Origin: Candidatus Obscuribacteraceae bacterium | GTDB lineage: Bacteria > Cyanobacteriota > Vampirovibrionia > Obscuribacterales > Obscuribacteraceae | Length of the DNA stretch: 64,000 nt | Assembly: GCA_044226015.1 (NCBI GenBank) | Contig: JBGAHS010000003.1 | Span: forward strand, 288,001 to 352,000 | Direction of reading: 5' to 3' | Shown here: positions 39,862 to 51,700 of the stretch, one piece after another | Position numbering within the stretch: position 1 is the stretch's first letter | Layout: every line of letters starts with the position of its first letter | Position numbers and translations under genes: made by a program | Notes under the pieces: model-generated | The model's input: the letters and a program-made list of their open reading frames with translations, nothing else | Told to the model about the DNA's origin: nothing | Databases searched by the model: none

Positions 39862-42051
39862 ATGGAAACAGAGCTTGACATACATACTCAAATCATTAGC
39901 ACAGGCGCTGCAGGTAACCCTTCGGTCAACGCAGCACCACAACTTCGTCCGCGCCCAAGCAACGGAACAAAGGAAGAATTAGAACAATGGAAAAAAGAAT
40001 CAAATGCGGCATTCTTACATCTGCTAAAAACAGAGATCAAAAATCATAGTCTTCCGCTTGTTCTCATTCTTGCTTTTGTAGCCTGCCCACCTCTTCTTCT
40101 AGTGTGGGTTCCCTTTGTTTTGCTAGCATGGGGAGTCCAGTCGATTTTTGAACGTTTGAATGAGAGCAATCAGAAAAAACTCCTCCGGCATATTCCAGAG
40201 AAATGGCGAAACTCGCGAATACTTGCTGAACTAGCAGAAGGAATGGAGCAAGTACGTCCATTCATTGTTGCATCCTTGTACATCTTTTTTGCACCATTCG
40301 CCATTACCTGGATGTATCTGCATTGGATCCTCCGTCTAAATATTGCGGGCAAAGAACCAGCGGCAGAAATAAGCGACGACCGAGTAAGTTTCCTTCAAAA
40401 CCGCAGTCAAACTGACGAAGAAGCAGAAGTCAATTTCTTCCACTCACCCGCATTTTCCATGAGTGCCATAGCTCTTTTCGTTTCTGGCATTCCTGCAGCA
40501 CTTACGTACTTTCTTTATCAGCATTTGGGAATTGACGCCTTAATGGGTTTGCCTTCTCTCGACCCGCGCTTTAAGACGACGTTTGTGATTATTGAACTCT
40601 ATTTGGGGAGTATAGCTTGCTGTGGTTCTGTTCTGTTTTTTCGCAGCTGGTTTACTTTTCCTTTGAACTTCGCAGACAATCAAGCGCGCATAGAGTTGAA
40701 CAAAAACGGTATCAAGCTCAAAACCAACGCCTGGTTCCGCCAGGCAGCATCATGGAACAGTCCCTGGAGAGGGGTTGATTCTATGCAATGGTCGCAAGTA
40801 AAGTCGCTACGACTAGACCGCAGCACCGAGCCTTTGTATCCATTACCATCAACCGTATTCAGTAAGAACTCGCTTTCACATTATTTTTTCAACAAGCTGG
40901 CATTGGTATCTGATGCAATACAAAACAACAAAAAATCCGCTCAGTACATCTATTTTTCAGAATCAAGTATCGACGCCAAACAGCTTTTCTCGGAACCGGT
41001 TAGGGGACGGAATCTTGCTGTGAATGTTTCAGAACTAACTCCGCATGAAAAAGCGCAGCTTATCTATTCTGTAAAGAAATGGGCTCCTGAGGTCCAAATC
41101 GATGACGGCGTCCACAAAGCCATGATGGGCAGCGACGTGTTGCAAGCACCCGCTTACACTCAACTGTGGTTTGACTTGCTAACGGATAAAATGCCACGAC
41201 GACCACACAACGTGTTAGCAATTGGCACAAAGATAGACAAAGATGCGCTCACGATCATGGAAAGAGTAGCCACCGGAGGTCAGGCTAACGTCTACCTGGC
41301 CGAAGCAGCTGATGGAACTCAATGCGTATTGAAAGAGTTCATTCTGTCAAATTCAGAAACACTAGGAGCGCTCGTCGCATCTGCTGCAGAGTTCGAAATG
41401 GAAGCCAGCTTACTAGCTGAGCTAGAGCATCCACGCATAATAAAGATGCTGCGTTTTTTCTCCGAAGCAAGACGCCTCTATATTGTGCTAGAGAAAGTAG
41501 CGGGTCCTTCACTAAGGCAAAAAGTTCGTTCTAGCGAAGCACGAATGGACGAAAGCGAAGTCATCCGCATCGCATTGCAAATATGCGATGCATTGAAATA
41601 CCTGCACTCCCAAACACCACCTGTGGTGCACCGCGACATTTCGCCCGACAATCTTTTGTTGGCACCAGAAGGAATAAAGCTAATCGATTTTTCACTTGCT
41701 GCAGCGAGAAAATCAATGCGCACATCTAGCACGATGGGCAAACATTCCTATGCACCACCTGAACAGTTCAAAGAGCAGGTTTGTCCTCAGAGCGATATCT
41801 ACGGACTCGGAGCAACCATGTATTACTTGCTTATTGGTGAAGATCCCAAACCACTCACACCGGCAGATGTGCGGGAAAAACGCCCTGAACTCTCGGACGA
41901 AATTGCAGAAGTCATTAAACGCGCTACTGCCTTTGAACTCGCAAATCGCTATACATCGGTCGAATGGTTAGCGACTGAGCTCCGCAGCCTCCAAGAAAAG
42001 TCCCTTGTGCATCTTACTGGCAAACAGAGCGAGGCTACTCAATTTAATTAG
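39862..42051 (+). CDS. Polytopic membrane Ser/Thr protein kinase
   Basis: N-terminal TMs; GGQANVY, LKEF, HRDISPDN, DFS, YAPPEQ, SDIYGLG; starts 6 nt after the first kinase. Confidence 0.9.
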   Translation: METELDIHTQIISTGAAGNPSVNAAPQLRPRPSNGTKEELEQWKKESNAAFLHLLKTEIKNHSLPLVLILAFVACPPLLLVWVPFVLLAWGVQSIFERLNESNQKKLLRHIPEKWRNSRILAELAEGMEQVRPFIVASLYIFFAPFAITWMYLHWILRLNIAGKEPAAEISDDRVSFLQNRSQTDEEAEVNFFHSPAFSMSAIALFVSGIPAALTYFLYQHLGIDALMGLPSLDPRFKTTFVIIELYLGSIACCGSVLFFRSWFTFPLNFADNQARIELNKNGIKLKTNAWFRQAASWNSPWRGVDSMQWSQVKSLRLDRSTEPLYPLPSTVFSKNSLSHYFFNKLALVSDAIQNNKKSAQYIYFSESSIDAKQLFSEPVRGRNLAVNVSELTPHEKAQLIYSVKKWAPEVQIDDGVHKAMMGSDVLQAPAYTQLWFDLLTDKMPRRPHNVLAIGTKIDKDALTIMERVATGGQANVYLAEAADGTQCVLKEFILSNSETLGALVASAAEFEMEASLLAELEHPRIIKMLRFFSEARRLYIVLEKVAGPSLRQKVRSSEARMDESEVIRIALQICDALKYLHSQTPPVVHRDISPDNLLLAPEGIKLIDFSLAAARKSMRTSSTMGKHSYAPPEQFKEQVCPQSDIYGLGATMYYLLIGEDPKPLTPADVREKRPELSDEIAEVIKRATAFELANRYTSVEWLATELRSLQEKSLVHLTGKQSEATQFN

Positions 42052-42301
42052 TGTACCGAGTCCGCGCATACGATTTCAAAATCCTGAAAATCGGCATACA
42101 ACTCAGCATTTAATACTCGTCATCTGACGGACCGCAAACAGCACCACCACCCTCCACCTCTACTACAAAACCAGAAAGAACTTCAATTTCGGCGACCCAA
42201 AATTTCTTGAACACCTTCACCTCGCCAAGTGAAGGATGTTCTTACCATAGTTCTTTGACACAACCGAGAATCCTGCGAGTGAAAGCCGAAGATGAGCACA
42301 A

Positions 42302-44245
42302 TTACCGGAATCTTAGTTCACCAGCTGAATTGACTGCACTTGCTGCTTTGGGGCTGTACAAAAGAGCTTCCTTCTCAACATCATGACCGAGATGAGCATC
42401 AAAAAAACCTGAGATTAAGGAACATAGCACCTGCTGGTCTGTATAAACTGGTACAGAGGTAAGCGACACGCGACTCGAATTATAGTACATCTGCTTCTTG
42501 CCTCCATACGAAAAAGCATTAATGCATTGCTTGGCCGCTGCGTTTCTAGCGTTCTCTTCGAGTGTTGCATCAAGCACATAGAAAACAGGAAAATCAATGC
42601 TATGTAAATCGGCAACATTCAACTGATTTTTCGGCGAAACTGTTGGATTCAAGATAAGCAATGCTGACAGCTCCAGTTCAGAATTTTCATTATTCTTTGC
42701 TAGAGCTTTTGCTCCAACTAAAGATTCATTCAACTCAATGCCATTGGTAACAAGAGCAAATCCAGTACCTGGTTCTTTAGAGAGCTGCGGGAGTTTACTG
42801 AGTTCATCGATTGCAGACTTTGCTTTTGAAGAAATTCCTGCCGCATTGCGCGAAGCTTTTTCCAACGGTAAAGTCGCCACTATGAACCCACGCTTTGCCA
42901 GCGAAGCAGACAAAGAATCTAAATTTTGTGATGCGTCCAACGGTTCCAACAGCAGCAAAATTGCATGAGCTTTAACAGGCACGAGAATTCTAGCCTCGCC
43001 GCCCGTTCGCAATACTTGGGTTCGAGATGAAACAGAACCTGATGCTGTCATGGAACCAAGCAAAGCGACAAGTTCACTTTTCTTGTCTGTGCGTGCTTTT
43101 GTGATTTTCGGCTCAACCTTCTTCACTGATAGCAAAGAAAAAACCAAGCCGACGACACTGAACAAAACAATTACTGAAACCGCCACGAGCTTTAGCTTAG
43201 AGTTCAGCCATGGGGGTAAAATCTTGCTTGAATTGGAAGCACTATGGCATTGAGCATCTAGACTCGCCACTAATTCAGCTGTGCCAGGTCGCGAACCTGG
43301 TTCTTTTGCAAGACAATGCAAAGCGATGTTTGCTAATTCACGTTCTAGTCTACTAAATCTTTCCTCGTCAGCGAACATTGGACGAACTAATCGATGCACA
43401 GAATTCCATTCTATGTAATTGGTCGCCTTGAATGGATGCTTGCCCGCCAGACACTCGTAAATTAAACACCCGAGCGAATAAATATCTGCCTTTTCACCCG
43501 ATGTGATCTGATTATTTAGAGCCTCAGGACTTAAATAGTCAGGTGTTCCTAACACTTCACCACTTTCGCCAAAAATTGCATCCTGATCTATCAACTTGCT
43601 CACACCAAAGTTGATGATCTTAAATTCTGGAGCATCCAAATCGAGATTACTCAGTACTATGTTTTCGGGGTTGAGATTGAAATGCGCTTCACCCAAAGCA
43701 TGCGCATATTGCAGTGTTTCAGCAAGTTGTTTGAATAATGCAAGAGTGAATTTCTCTGATAATCTGCCATGCTCTTTTATGATCGCTCTCAGTGTCTGAC
43801 CTTCTGTGGCTTCCATAACCAAGAAAGGGCGAGGACTGAGCCCGTACTCAACTGTTCTGGCGATGCCGGAATGCTCTAGCCTGGCAAGAGTTGACGAGAA
43901 TTTCCTGAAGCGCTCAACATGCCTGATATTCTCTGTGAGTTCGGGCGATAGCACTTTGATAACGAAATCAGTTTCGGAATTCGGGCGCTCAGCTGAATAA
44001 ATAGCGCCAAAGAAATCCTGACCAAGATCTTCGGTTAGTAAGTACTTTCCAGCAATACTTGTGTTAATGAGTGAATCTAGATTTTCCAGCCAGGCACTAT
44101 CTTTAGGGCAGTTGAGAAATTCAGAATTTGGCGGAAATATCTTTCGGCACTTCGGGCAATATTTGGGGCAAGTTTTCAACTCAAAAGCCTCAGTCGCCTC
44201 TGCTGCATCTATGTTCCCCAGATATGAAGCAAACAGCCTTGGCAT
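42302..44245 (-). CDS. Ser/Thr kinase-like protein, probable pseudokinase, with TM and extracellular alpha/beta domain
   Basis: CPKC..CPKD knuckle; VIKVL, GTPDYLSPE and DIYSLG retained, but HFNLNPEN and NFG replace HRDLKPxN and DFG. Confidence 0.85.
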   Translation of the reverse strand: MPRLFASYLGNIDAAEATEAFELKTCPKYCPKCRKIFPPNSEFLNCPKDSAWLENLDSLINTSIAGKYLLTEDLGQDFFGAIYSAERPNSETDFVIKVLSPELTENIRHVERFRKFSSTLARLEHSGIARTVEYGLSPRPFLVMEATEGQTLRAIIKEHGRLSEKFTLALFKQLAETLQYAHALGEAHFNLNPENIVLSNLDLDAPEFKIINFGVSKLIDQDAIFGESGEVLGTPDYLSPEALNNQITSGEKADIYSLGCLIYECLAGKHPFKATNYIEWNSVHRLVRPMFADEERFSRLERELANIALHCLAKEPGSRPGTAELVASLDAQCHSASNSSKILPPWLNSKLKLVAVSVIVLFSVVGLVFSLLSVKKVEPKITKARTDKKSELVALLGSMTASGSVSSRTQVLRTGGEARILVPVKAHAILLLLEPLDASQNLDSLSASLAKRGFIVATLPLEKASRNAAGISSKAKSAIDELSKLPQLSKEPGTGFALVTNGIELNESLVGAKALAKNNENSELELSALLILNPTVSPKNQLNVADLHSIDFPVFYVLDATLEENARNAAAKQCINAFSYGGKKQMYYNSSRVSLTSVPVYTDQQVLCSLISGFFDAHLGHDVEKEALLYSPKAASAVNSAGELRFR

Positions 44246-44295
44246 GACATATTTTTTTTCTGGGTATAAAGTGATTTGGAGAAGAGGACCGGTGA

Positions 44296-45663
44296 GTGCA
44301 AAAGCTCAAACCATCTAATTATCGAGGGTCTTGCTCTGGAGGATTGTGCACATCCAGAGTCCTAGTTTTTTGCTTTGTTTTTATCAGCAATGTTTGCCCT
44401 ATCGAAGCCGCGAGTCAAAACGAGGAATCAATCCTTGCGTCGGCTAACAGATTGGCTTCCCATAATGAATATTCAGCCGCAGACTCGCTGTACTTGAAAG
44501 TACTAAGTGTTAATCCACAAAACGCCATGGCGCACCATATGTATGGGCGCATGCTTGCGCTACAAACAAGATACGAAGAAGCTTTGAAGGAGTACAAACT
44601 CAGCTTAAAACTGAAACCGAACTCGCCCAGTGTCCTGAACGACGTGGGCGTTGCGTTAGCAATTTCAGGTTGCCAGCCTTTAGGAGCCAGGTTTCTGCAT
44701 CAAGCGAGTGTGGTCGGGCAGAATTACCCGGGCGCATTAAATAATCTAGGAGTAGTTCTGGCAAGCCTTGACGCATTTAAACAGGCTCGTGAAGCTTTTG
44801 CTCGCTCGCTAGAAATACAACCACGAAACGCCAAGATAAAAGAATTGAAGCAAAAGGCTGAAGCAAGATTAGCCAACAACAAAGAGTTTGAATATGGCGC
44901 TGCAGTTTCCTGGCAAGACGTACCGGAGTCTCTGAAAAAGCTGCAAGCATCGGTAATTGCAGCAAGCAATGTAAAAGAACCTGCAGTTCCAGATACAAAA
45001 CCAAAAATTGCCGTTAAGGTCCAAAAGGCAATGGACGAAGAAGATAAGAAATGGCTTGAAAAATCACAACCTCAATTCTTAGAGCTGAAGTCCAGCGGAT
45101 TCTCAAACGCGTGTTTTGCAGGCAACGGCATGGTTCAAATCGGCGATAAGAGCGATTCCGCGGACAATATTGGCGAATTGGAATTGAACGAAACCCAGAA
45201 GATTGAACTAATGGGAGATGTAACAGTAGACTTGACTGGACCTGGCGAACTCGAATTAGGAACGGCACGATTGCTGGCTAAAGGCGAAGATTGCATTTTC
45301 TCATTCAATGCAGAGACGAGTGAGTTATCCTGCTACGCAGGTGACTTCAAGGTGTCCAATTGGTCAACTGTAACAGCAACGAAGACTGCGTCCAAAGTTG
45401 AAGTAAACGCTGAAAAATGCCTGTCTGTTTACGCTCAGGATGATTCTAAAATTGAAGCTCGAGCTTGCGACGAAGTTACATTAGTGGGACATGCTCAAGG
45501 CACAGTGAATGGTTGCAAGAAAGTCATTGTGAATGATGATTCCAGAGCAGTTGCAATTGATTGCGATCAGCTTACCGCACTCGCAAACGCAAGAGTCAAA
45601 GAACGAGGCTGTAGTAAGCTCGAAAAGTTAGACCACGCAAAAATCGAATCAGACTCAAAATAG
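44296..45663 (+). CDS. TPR protein with C-terminal Cys-containing beta-helix-like repeats
   Basis: About four TPRs (P.N..A...G), then repeated V.A.D.S.V/I.A..C units. Start uncertain. Confidence 0.72.
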   Translation: MQKLKPSNYRGSCSGGLCTSRVLVFCFVFISNVCPIEAASQNEESILASANRLASHNEYSAADSLYLKVLSVNPQNAMAHHMYGRMLALQTRYEEALKEYKLSLKLKPNSPSVLNDVGVALAISGCQPLGARFLHQASVVGQNYPGALNNLGVVLASLDAFKQAREAFARSLEIQPRNAKIKELKQKAEARLANNKEFEYGAAVSWQDVPESLKKLQASVIAASNVKEPAVPDTKPKIAVKVQKAMDEEDKKWLEKSQPQFLELKSSGFSNACFAGNGMVQIGDKSDSADNIGELELNETQKIELMGDVTVDLTGPGELELGTARLLAKGEDCIFSFNAETSELSCYAGDFKVSNWSTVTATKTASKVEVNAEKCLSVYAQDDSKIEARACDEVTLVGHAQGTVNGCKKVIVNDDSRAVAIDCDQLTALANARVKERGCSKLEKLDHAKIESDSK

Positions 45664-45730
45664 AGTACTTTTTTCAGCCTATCCGTTACACACTTAGGTG
45701 GATTGGGTATGTAGCCGAAAGGGATCTTGC

Positions 45731-48700
45731 ATGGCTCGATTAACGTTCGGCTCAATATTTGCTTTGAAGGCTCGAGTGCGTAAAGCCCGGTCCAAATTTC
45801 TTGCGATCGGAATGCTGTCTCAGCAGCTGCTTGTTTCGCATCTACTTTCAAACCAAATTATGCAGCCAGCACATGCCGCTGGAGAAACGCTTGGCAGACC
45901 GGGGCAACTGTCCACAAACCAGCAGTCATTTAACAACGCGCAAGGGTCCACCAGGGTGCTTGATTTTGGAAGAAGTCGCGGTGTAATAAACATCGCTGAC
46001 GCTTTTCAGAATTCCGGAGTCCTGTACCTGGTTAGCTCAAACCCAGCTATTCGTTCCGGAATTCTCAACGCAAAGAGCTTTTACAACTATCCAGGAGCAT
46101 TGATTAGTTCTGTAATACCAGCAGGTGGGCTGCCGGGCTACGATTTCTTGGTACCAAATTTCAGCTTTAGCTTGAACAGCAGAGGGAATTTCATCAATCA
46201 GGGAACCATCACAAGTGCTGGCTCTCTGAGCATCAATGCCGCACAGATTTCAAACTTGACGGCACCGGGCTCTGCTGCCGCAACGATTAGCGCGCTAGCC
46301 AATTTAGATCTGTTTTCCACAGCGGGCTCCATTGTTAATAGGGGAGACCTACTTTCAGTTAACGGCAATGTAAACCTCACCGCTCAATCCGGAAAAGATC
46401 TTATCGTTGATAACAGTTCGGGCTCAATTCAGGCACTGCTCGGTGCCGTGAATGCAGGCGATGCTTTGTCCTCCGTAAAGCAAAATCTTGCGATAATCGG
46501 AGGCAACATCTTTTCTGAAACTACCAACCTTTACGCTGCATGTGGCAAAGCAGTAGCGAGTGTAGACAAACTCTCTGGAGTTCTAAATATCTATGCCGCC
46601 GAGAGTCATACCGAAGCCAGCTCATCCGGACTAAAGCTTGGAAAAATTGTAGTCTCCGGTGACCCAACGTTCTATGCTCAAACCGACCTCTATTTAGATT
46701 CTGATTTAGTCTTTTCTGGTGCACCTCTAGCAATCGTTACCGGCGGCAGCATTCTGACGAAAGCTGGGGCTGGGAAAATTGAAACCCATGGCGGCGACAT
46801 TACACTTATGGCGGGGGTGGACTTTTCGAGTTCGTCAACAGTTGCAAGCGACCCCTTCGCACCTGTGACACTGACCATAAGTGGCGCATCACCGACAGGC
46901 GGCAAGATTGACCTGGCTTCGGTTACAAGCATAAATTCGGGTGGTGGCAATATTCTTATGATTGCATCCAACGGCATCGTCGCAGATTCAGGCAGCATTC
47001 GCGTAATAGATGCTCCGATTGTTAGTAATGGTGGAAGAGTTCTCATTGTTCCAGGCTCTTTAGTCAAATTGATCAACGTCGACTCAAGCAAAGCAGGAAA
47101 GATCGGCGGAGCGATAAAAGTGTATGCGGACTCAACATCTTGCACTGGATGTATTGTGAAAAATGGAGTCTTAAGTTCGGACACGTTTTTGCCTCCGGAA
47201 TTCACAACCTCAGGTAAGGGGCAGCCATCACCAAACATGGCAGGATTAATAACCGGAGACTTTATAAGCGGTGGTGGCGACATATTGTTGCAAGCAACTA
47301 AGCTATCTGCCAGAGAAATTAATGCAAGTTCAACTACAGGAGCCGGAGGGAATGTTGAAATTTTCTCTGGACAACCAGGCAAAACGCCGCTTACATTAAG
47401 CGCTTCAACAGGAGACATTGGTACCATCACCGCTCATGGCACCAGTGGTGGTGGCACGATTTCCGTTCGAACCGGCGGACACCTGGAGCTACTTAGCGAT
47501 GCTGTTCTCGATGTTGGAGCAAGCAATGGAAGCGCCGGCAGTATATCACTCAGGTCAGGCTTCAATGCCGAGTACGAAACAATCTTTAACGGAACAGAAC
47601 TAGAGGCAAAAGGCAGTGGCAGCAAAGGAAATGGCGGTGCGATCAACATTGAAACGGCTCGCTTAACATCAAACAATCACCTCGTAATTGATGTGAGTGG
47701 TTCTGGCACAGGCAACGGTGGAAGTGTCACGTTAGGTGGAGGACCAATGACAGGCTCTGGTGTCTTAACCTCTATCGGCAAGGGCATCGGAGAGATTGAA
47801 ATAAATGCACAAAGTGGTTCAGCTGGAGGCAATGGTGGCTCAGCGACTTTGAACGCAGACCCGATCGAGCCCCTAATAATAGACCCAAGCGCGTTGAAGT
47901 TGAACCCTCAGGGAATCAATGGGAACGGCGGCATGCTCGCAGCCAGAGGCGACATAAACGTCACTTCGTCTTTGCTTTTGAATGGCGTCGGCACCGGCAA
48001 CGGTGGCAAAGCAATTTTATTTGGTGCCTTTGGTACAGATATTAATGTAGGCAACGGCATCAAAGGCAGCGGCATCAACGGAATTATCCAAGCAAACTCA
48101 GGAGTCCAAGGTGGCTCTGGTGGGCAAATTGAGATTGATGCCAGTAATGTACACATAGAGAATGCAAATTCAATTTCGCTACACTCAGCCGCGGGGAATG
48201 GGGGCAACCTATCCCTCAGCACGGGGGGTGTTTTAACTCTTGGCACTAGCTCCTTCAATGTAGACGGAACTGGCAAAAGCGGCAATGGTGGCACAATTGC
48301 TATCTCCGCGGATTCACTGGTTCTACCTCCAGGAGAATCTTTGAAGTTATCCGCCGTAGGAAGCGGAAGCGGAAATGGCGGCAAAATAAACGTAGGTGTT
48401 TACTCACAAGACCTGAGTACAGGTAAGAATGCAGGACAAATTGACGCTCAAGCCTTTAGCGGTCCGCTAGGCGGCAACGGTGGAAGCCTGGCAATAGCTG
48501 GAAAAACCGTTAACGCTAACACAGCTGATTTTGATATTTCACCAAAAGGTAAAAGCGGCAATGGCGGTAACTTACAGTTCAGCTCTGATTTCAGCACTAT
48601 TGTCGACGGCAACATAAATCTGAACGCTATTGGAAATGGAAATGGCGGCTCCGTAGCTTTCTTTGCTGACACGCTTTTCGTAAACGGATCTATTCAGGCT

Positions 48701-51700
48701 AACGGTGCAGGAAAAGGCAACGGTGGAACAGTAGCCTTTTTTGTGAACCAGGACCTTACCCTCGATAGTGGGATAAAAAGCAATGGCATCACGGGAACGA
48801 TAAACGCCTACGCTGGCTCTAGCGGTGGAAAAGGCGGGCAAATTAGTTTCTTGCAACTTCAAAATCTGACTATTTCTAACCCTCAAAGCATATCGGTGGC
48901 GTCTAAAAATGGGTCTGGGGGTTCCTTGTATTTCACTGCTCGAAAATTGAATTTGGGTGAAGGGATTTATAATGTCAGCGGAACCGGAGCACACGGGAAC
49001 GGCGGTGAAATTCTTCTGGCAGGCGACTTAACTTCGACCGGTCACATTACACTAAAATCGAATGCATCGGGGGACGGTACCGGTGGAGGCATCTCGGTGT
49101 ATGGCGACTACTTTTTCGGAGCAAGCACCCCCATACATATCGGAAACGGAAAGGGTCAAGTCAGCGTGGAGGCTAATGGCGGCTCAAAAGGCTCCCTCAA
49201 AGGAGACGCTGGAAATCTCACACTGAGTGGTATCGTTCTTGATGATGTAAATGCTGTCAACGCTGTTCCACTCGGTGTCAATGGCAAGGGAGCGCGATTA
49301 GCGCTTAGCAATTTTCCGTCGTTTAATGGAAACCTTGACGCCAACGGTAAAGGCACTGGAAATGGTGGCACCATAATCATTCAAAGCACCAGCGCAAAAT
49401 CAATTGGTCCTGGCGGCGATATCAATGGAACTCTGTCTGTAAATTCGGATTCAGGTAAAGCAGGTAGCATTTCTATCTCCTTCTCCGATATCACCATACT
49501 GCCTGACGCATTTTCCGTCCGGAGCAAAACAGGTGCAGGCGGTTCGATACAGCTTGATCTAAGCAATCTTACATTAGCTGACGGGTCCGCATTAGTTGCA
49601 AACGCAGGCAAAGGAAATGGAGGCGAGATAAAGATATTCTCGCCAACTATAAACACATTGGGCAAAGCCTTGCTTTCCGCAGATGGAGCAAGTAATGGCA
49701 ATGGCGGTTCCATATCCTTAATCACTAATTCCAACCTGCAAATTGATGATTCACTGTTGAGTGCGCACGCAAACAGCGGTTCCGCTGGTGGAAATGGTGG
49801 ACTCATAGAACTAAGTGCCAATGATTTAACCATTAATCCATCAGCTCTCAAAGTAGACCCTCTGGGTAAAACAGGGAATGGCGGAACCCTTCTTCTTACA
49901 GCTAAAGGTACACTGAAGGTTCTGGGCGATATTGCAGTCGACGGCAAGGGAAATGGAAATGGTGGCACGCTAATTTTCGATTGGGCACACGGAGCCGACA
50001 CGTTTGTTGTAGGTGGAACAAGCTCTGCTAGCGGTGTGACAGGAAAGATATCGGCGAATGGTTCAGGTACAGGCATAGGTGGTACCATTGCTTTTGCAAA
50101 TGCACAGGACATTCTACCCTCAACCATAATAATAAATTCCGAAGTCTCTACATTGCCTAACTCTGCGACTTACGGAAAAGTGCTTTTGCTACAAGACAGA
50201 TTCCTTACTTCAATTTTCACCTTAGGCGGAAGTGGTGTCATAAAAGGCTCCATAGGAACAGGATATCTCAATCCCCTTTCTGAAGGCTCCGTGACAGGGC
50301 TCACCGTGGCTATGACAACACCTGTAGATATAGGACATCTCTCAACAAAAGACGATGTAACAATAACAGCACCGTCTATCCATCTTTTCACTGGCTCCTT
50401 CATCACTTCAAAAAACGGAAATGTAAATCTAAATAGCAACAGTATCTTGAACGATGGTCTGATCGCTTCTGCTAGTGCTGGGGTCAATATTCAAGCGACA
50501 GCTGACTTAAGCGTGACAGGGCAAGGTACTATCATTGCAAAGACCCCGATCAATTTCAGCAGCCCAGGTGCCGTTTTCGTAAGACAGTTTCTGCCTGGAA
50601 ACAATTACAATTCCTCTGCGCCGTTTGATATTCAACAAAATACGAGCGTCACCACCAGTGCATTATTCGAACTATCGTCCAAAAATTCGACGTCACCTCA
50701 ATCAATTAAAGCATCGCTCGACTCCGTCTCACTCGTTTTTCCAAGCCTTCAACTGCCCAGTTCATCGTCGGTTGTGTCAACGGATAGCGTGCCGCGACAT
50801 ATCTCCTTAGACTCGGGCGACAGTGAATCTGATGGAATAGTAAAAATAGGCAACGGAAAGTTTGTAGTAGTGAATAACATACAATCGCTGTCAGCTTTTG
50901 TTGCAAGCGACAACAGCCTTGAATTCGCAGAAGAAGGCAGTGAAATAACGAAGGAAGAAGAAACCATTTACCTTCATAAAGGCAAGATGGTAATTAACAC
51001 AAGTAATAAAGCAGAGTCGGTAATTACCCCACAAGGAACAGTCAGGGTAGAACCGAATTCTACAACCATGGTGAAAGTCTCCTCATCCGGCACGCTGAGC
51101 GCAGTTTCGTTGAACGGCTCTACAGCACTGCAGCAAGGACAACGTAGCGACTCAGTAACAAAAATCGAAAAAGGACAAGAACTCTTAAGTAATCAGAACG
51201 GGCTAGAAGACGAAGAACTAATTCCTGTAGATGGTATCGACTGCGGTGAAGTCATTTCAGCGGGACTTACAAAGGCCGGCGGACGAACGACCGTAAAGAG
51301 AACCGTCTCGATCAAACAGATGGTCGACAAAGATATTATGATCAACGGCTCACTCATTCACGTACATGGCGCTACTGCAAAACAACACAAGACATACGTC
51401 GAAAATTTGAAGTCGAGCCTCAACGAAGCACCCAGCCAACATAAACCAATTGCTTATGTGCAACCAATTGTGGTGCCCAACCCCACTGCTGCCTCTTCGT
51501 TTAAGACGAACAGAACAAAAGTGCAAGGTCCTATATTACTGGGCTCTAAGGATGCCAAATTCCAACAGCTACAAAATAGCTATATCAAGTTAGAGTCCGG
51601 CAACCTTTTTGTTCATGCCAAACAGGACACCATAATTTCAACAAAATTTTGCGTGGTAAAGATTGGGGCTGGTTCGTGTGCAAACATCTCAACAGATAAT

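Noticed and set aside
46198..50967. Many minus-strand Pro-rich ORFs
   Set aside because: Antisense shadows of the Gly-rich repeats of the giant exoprotein.
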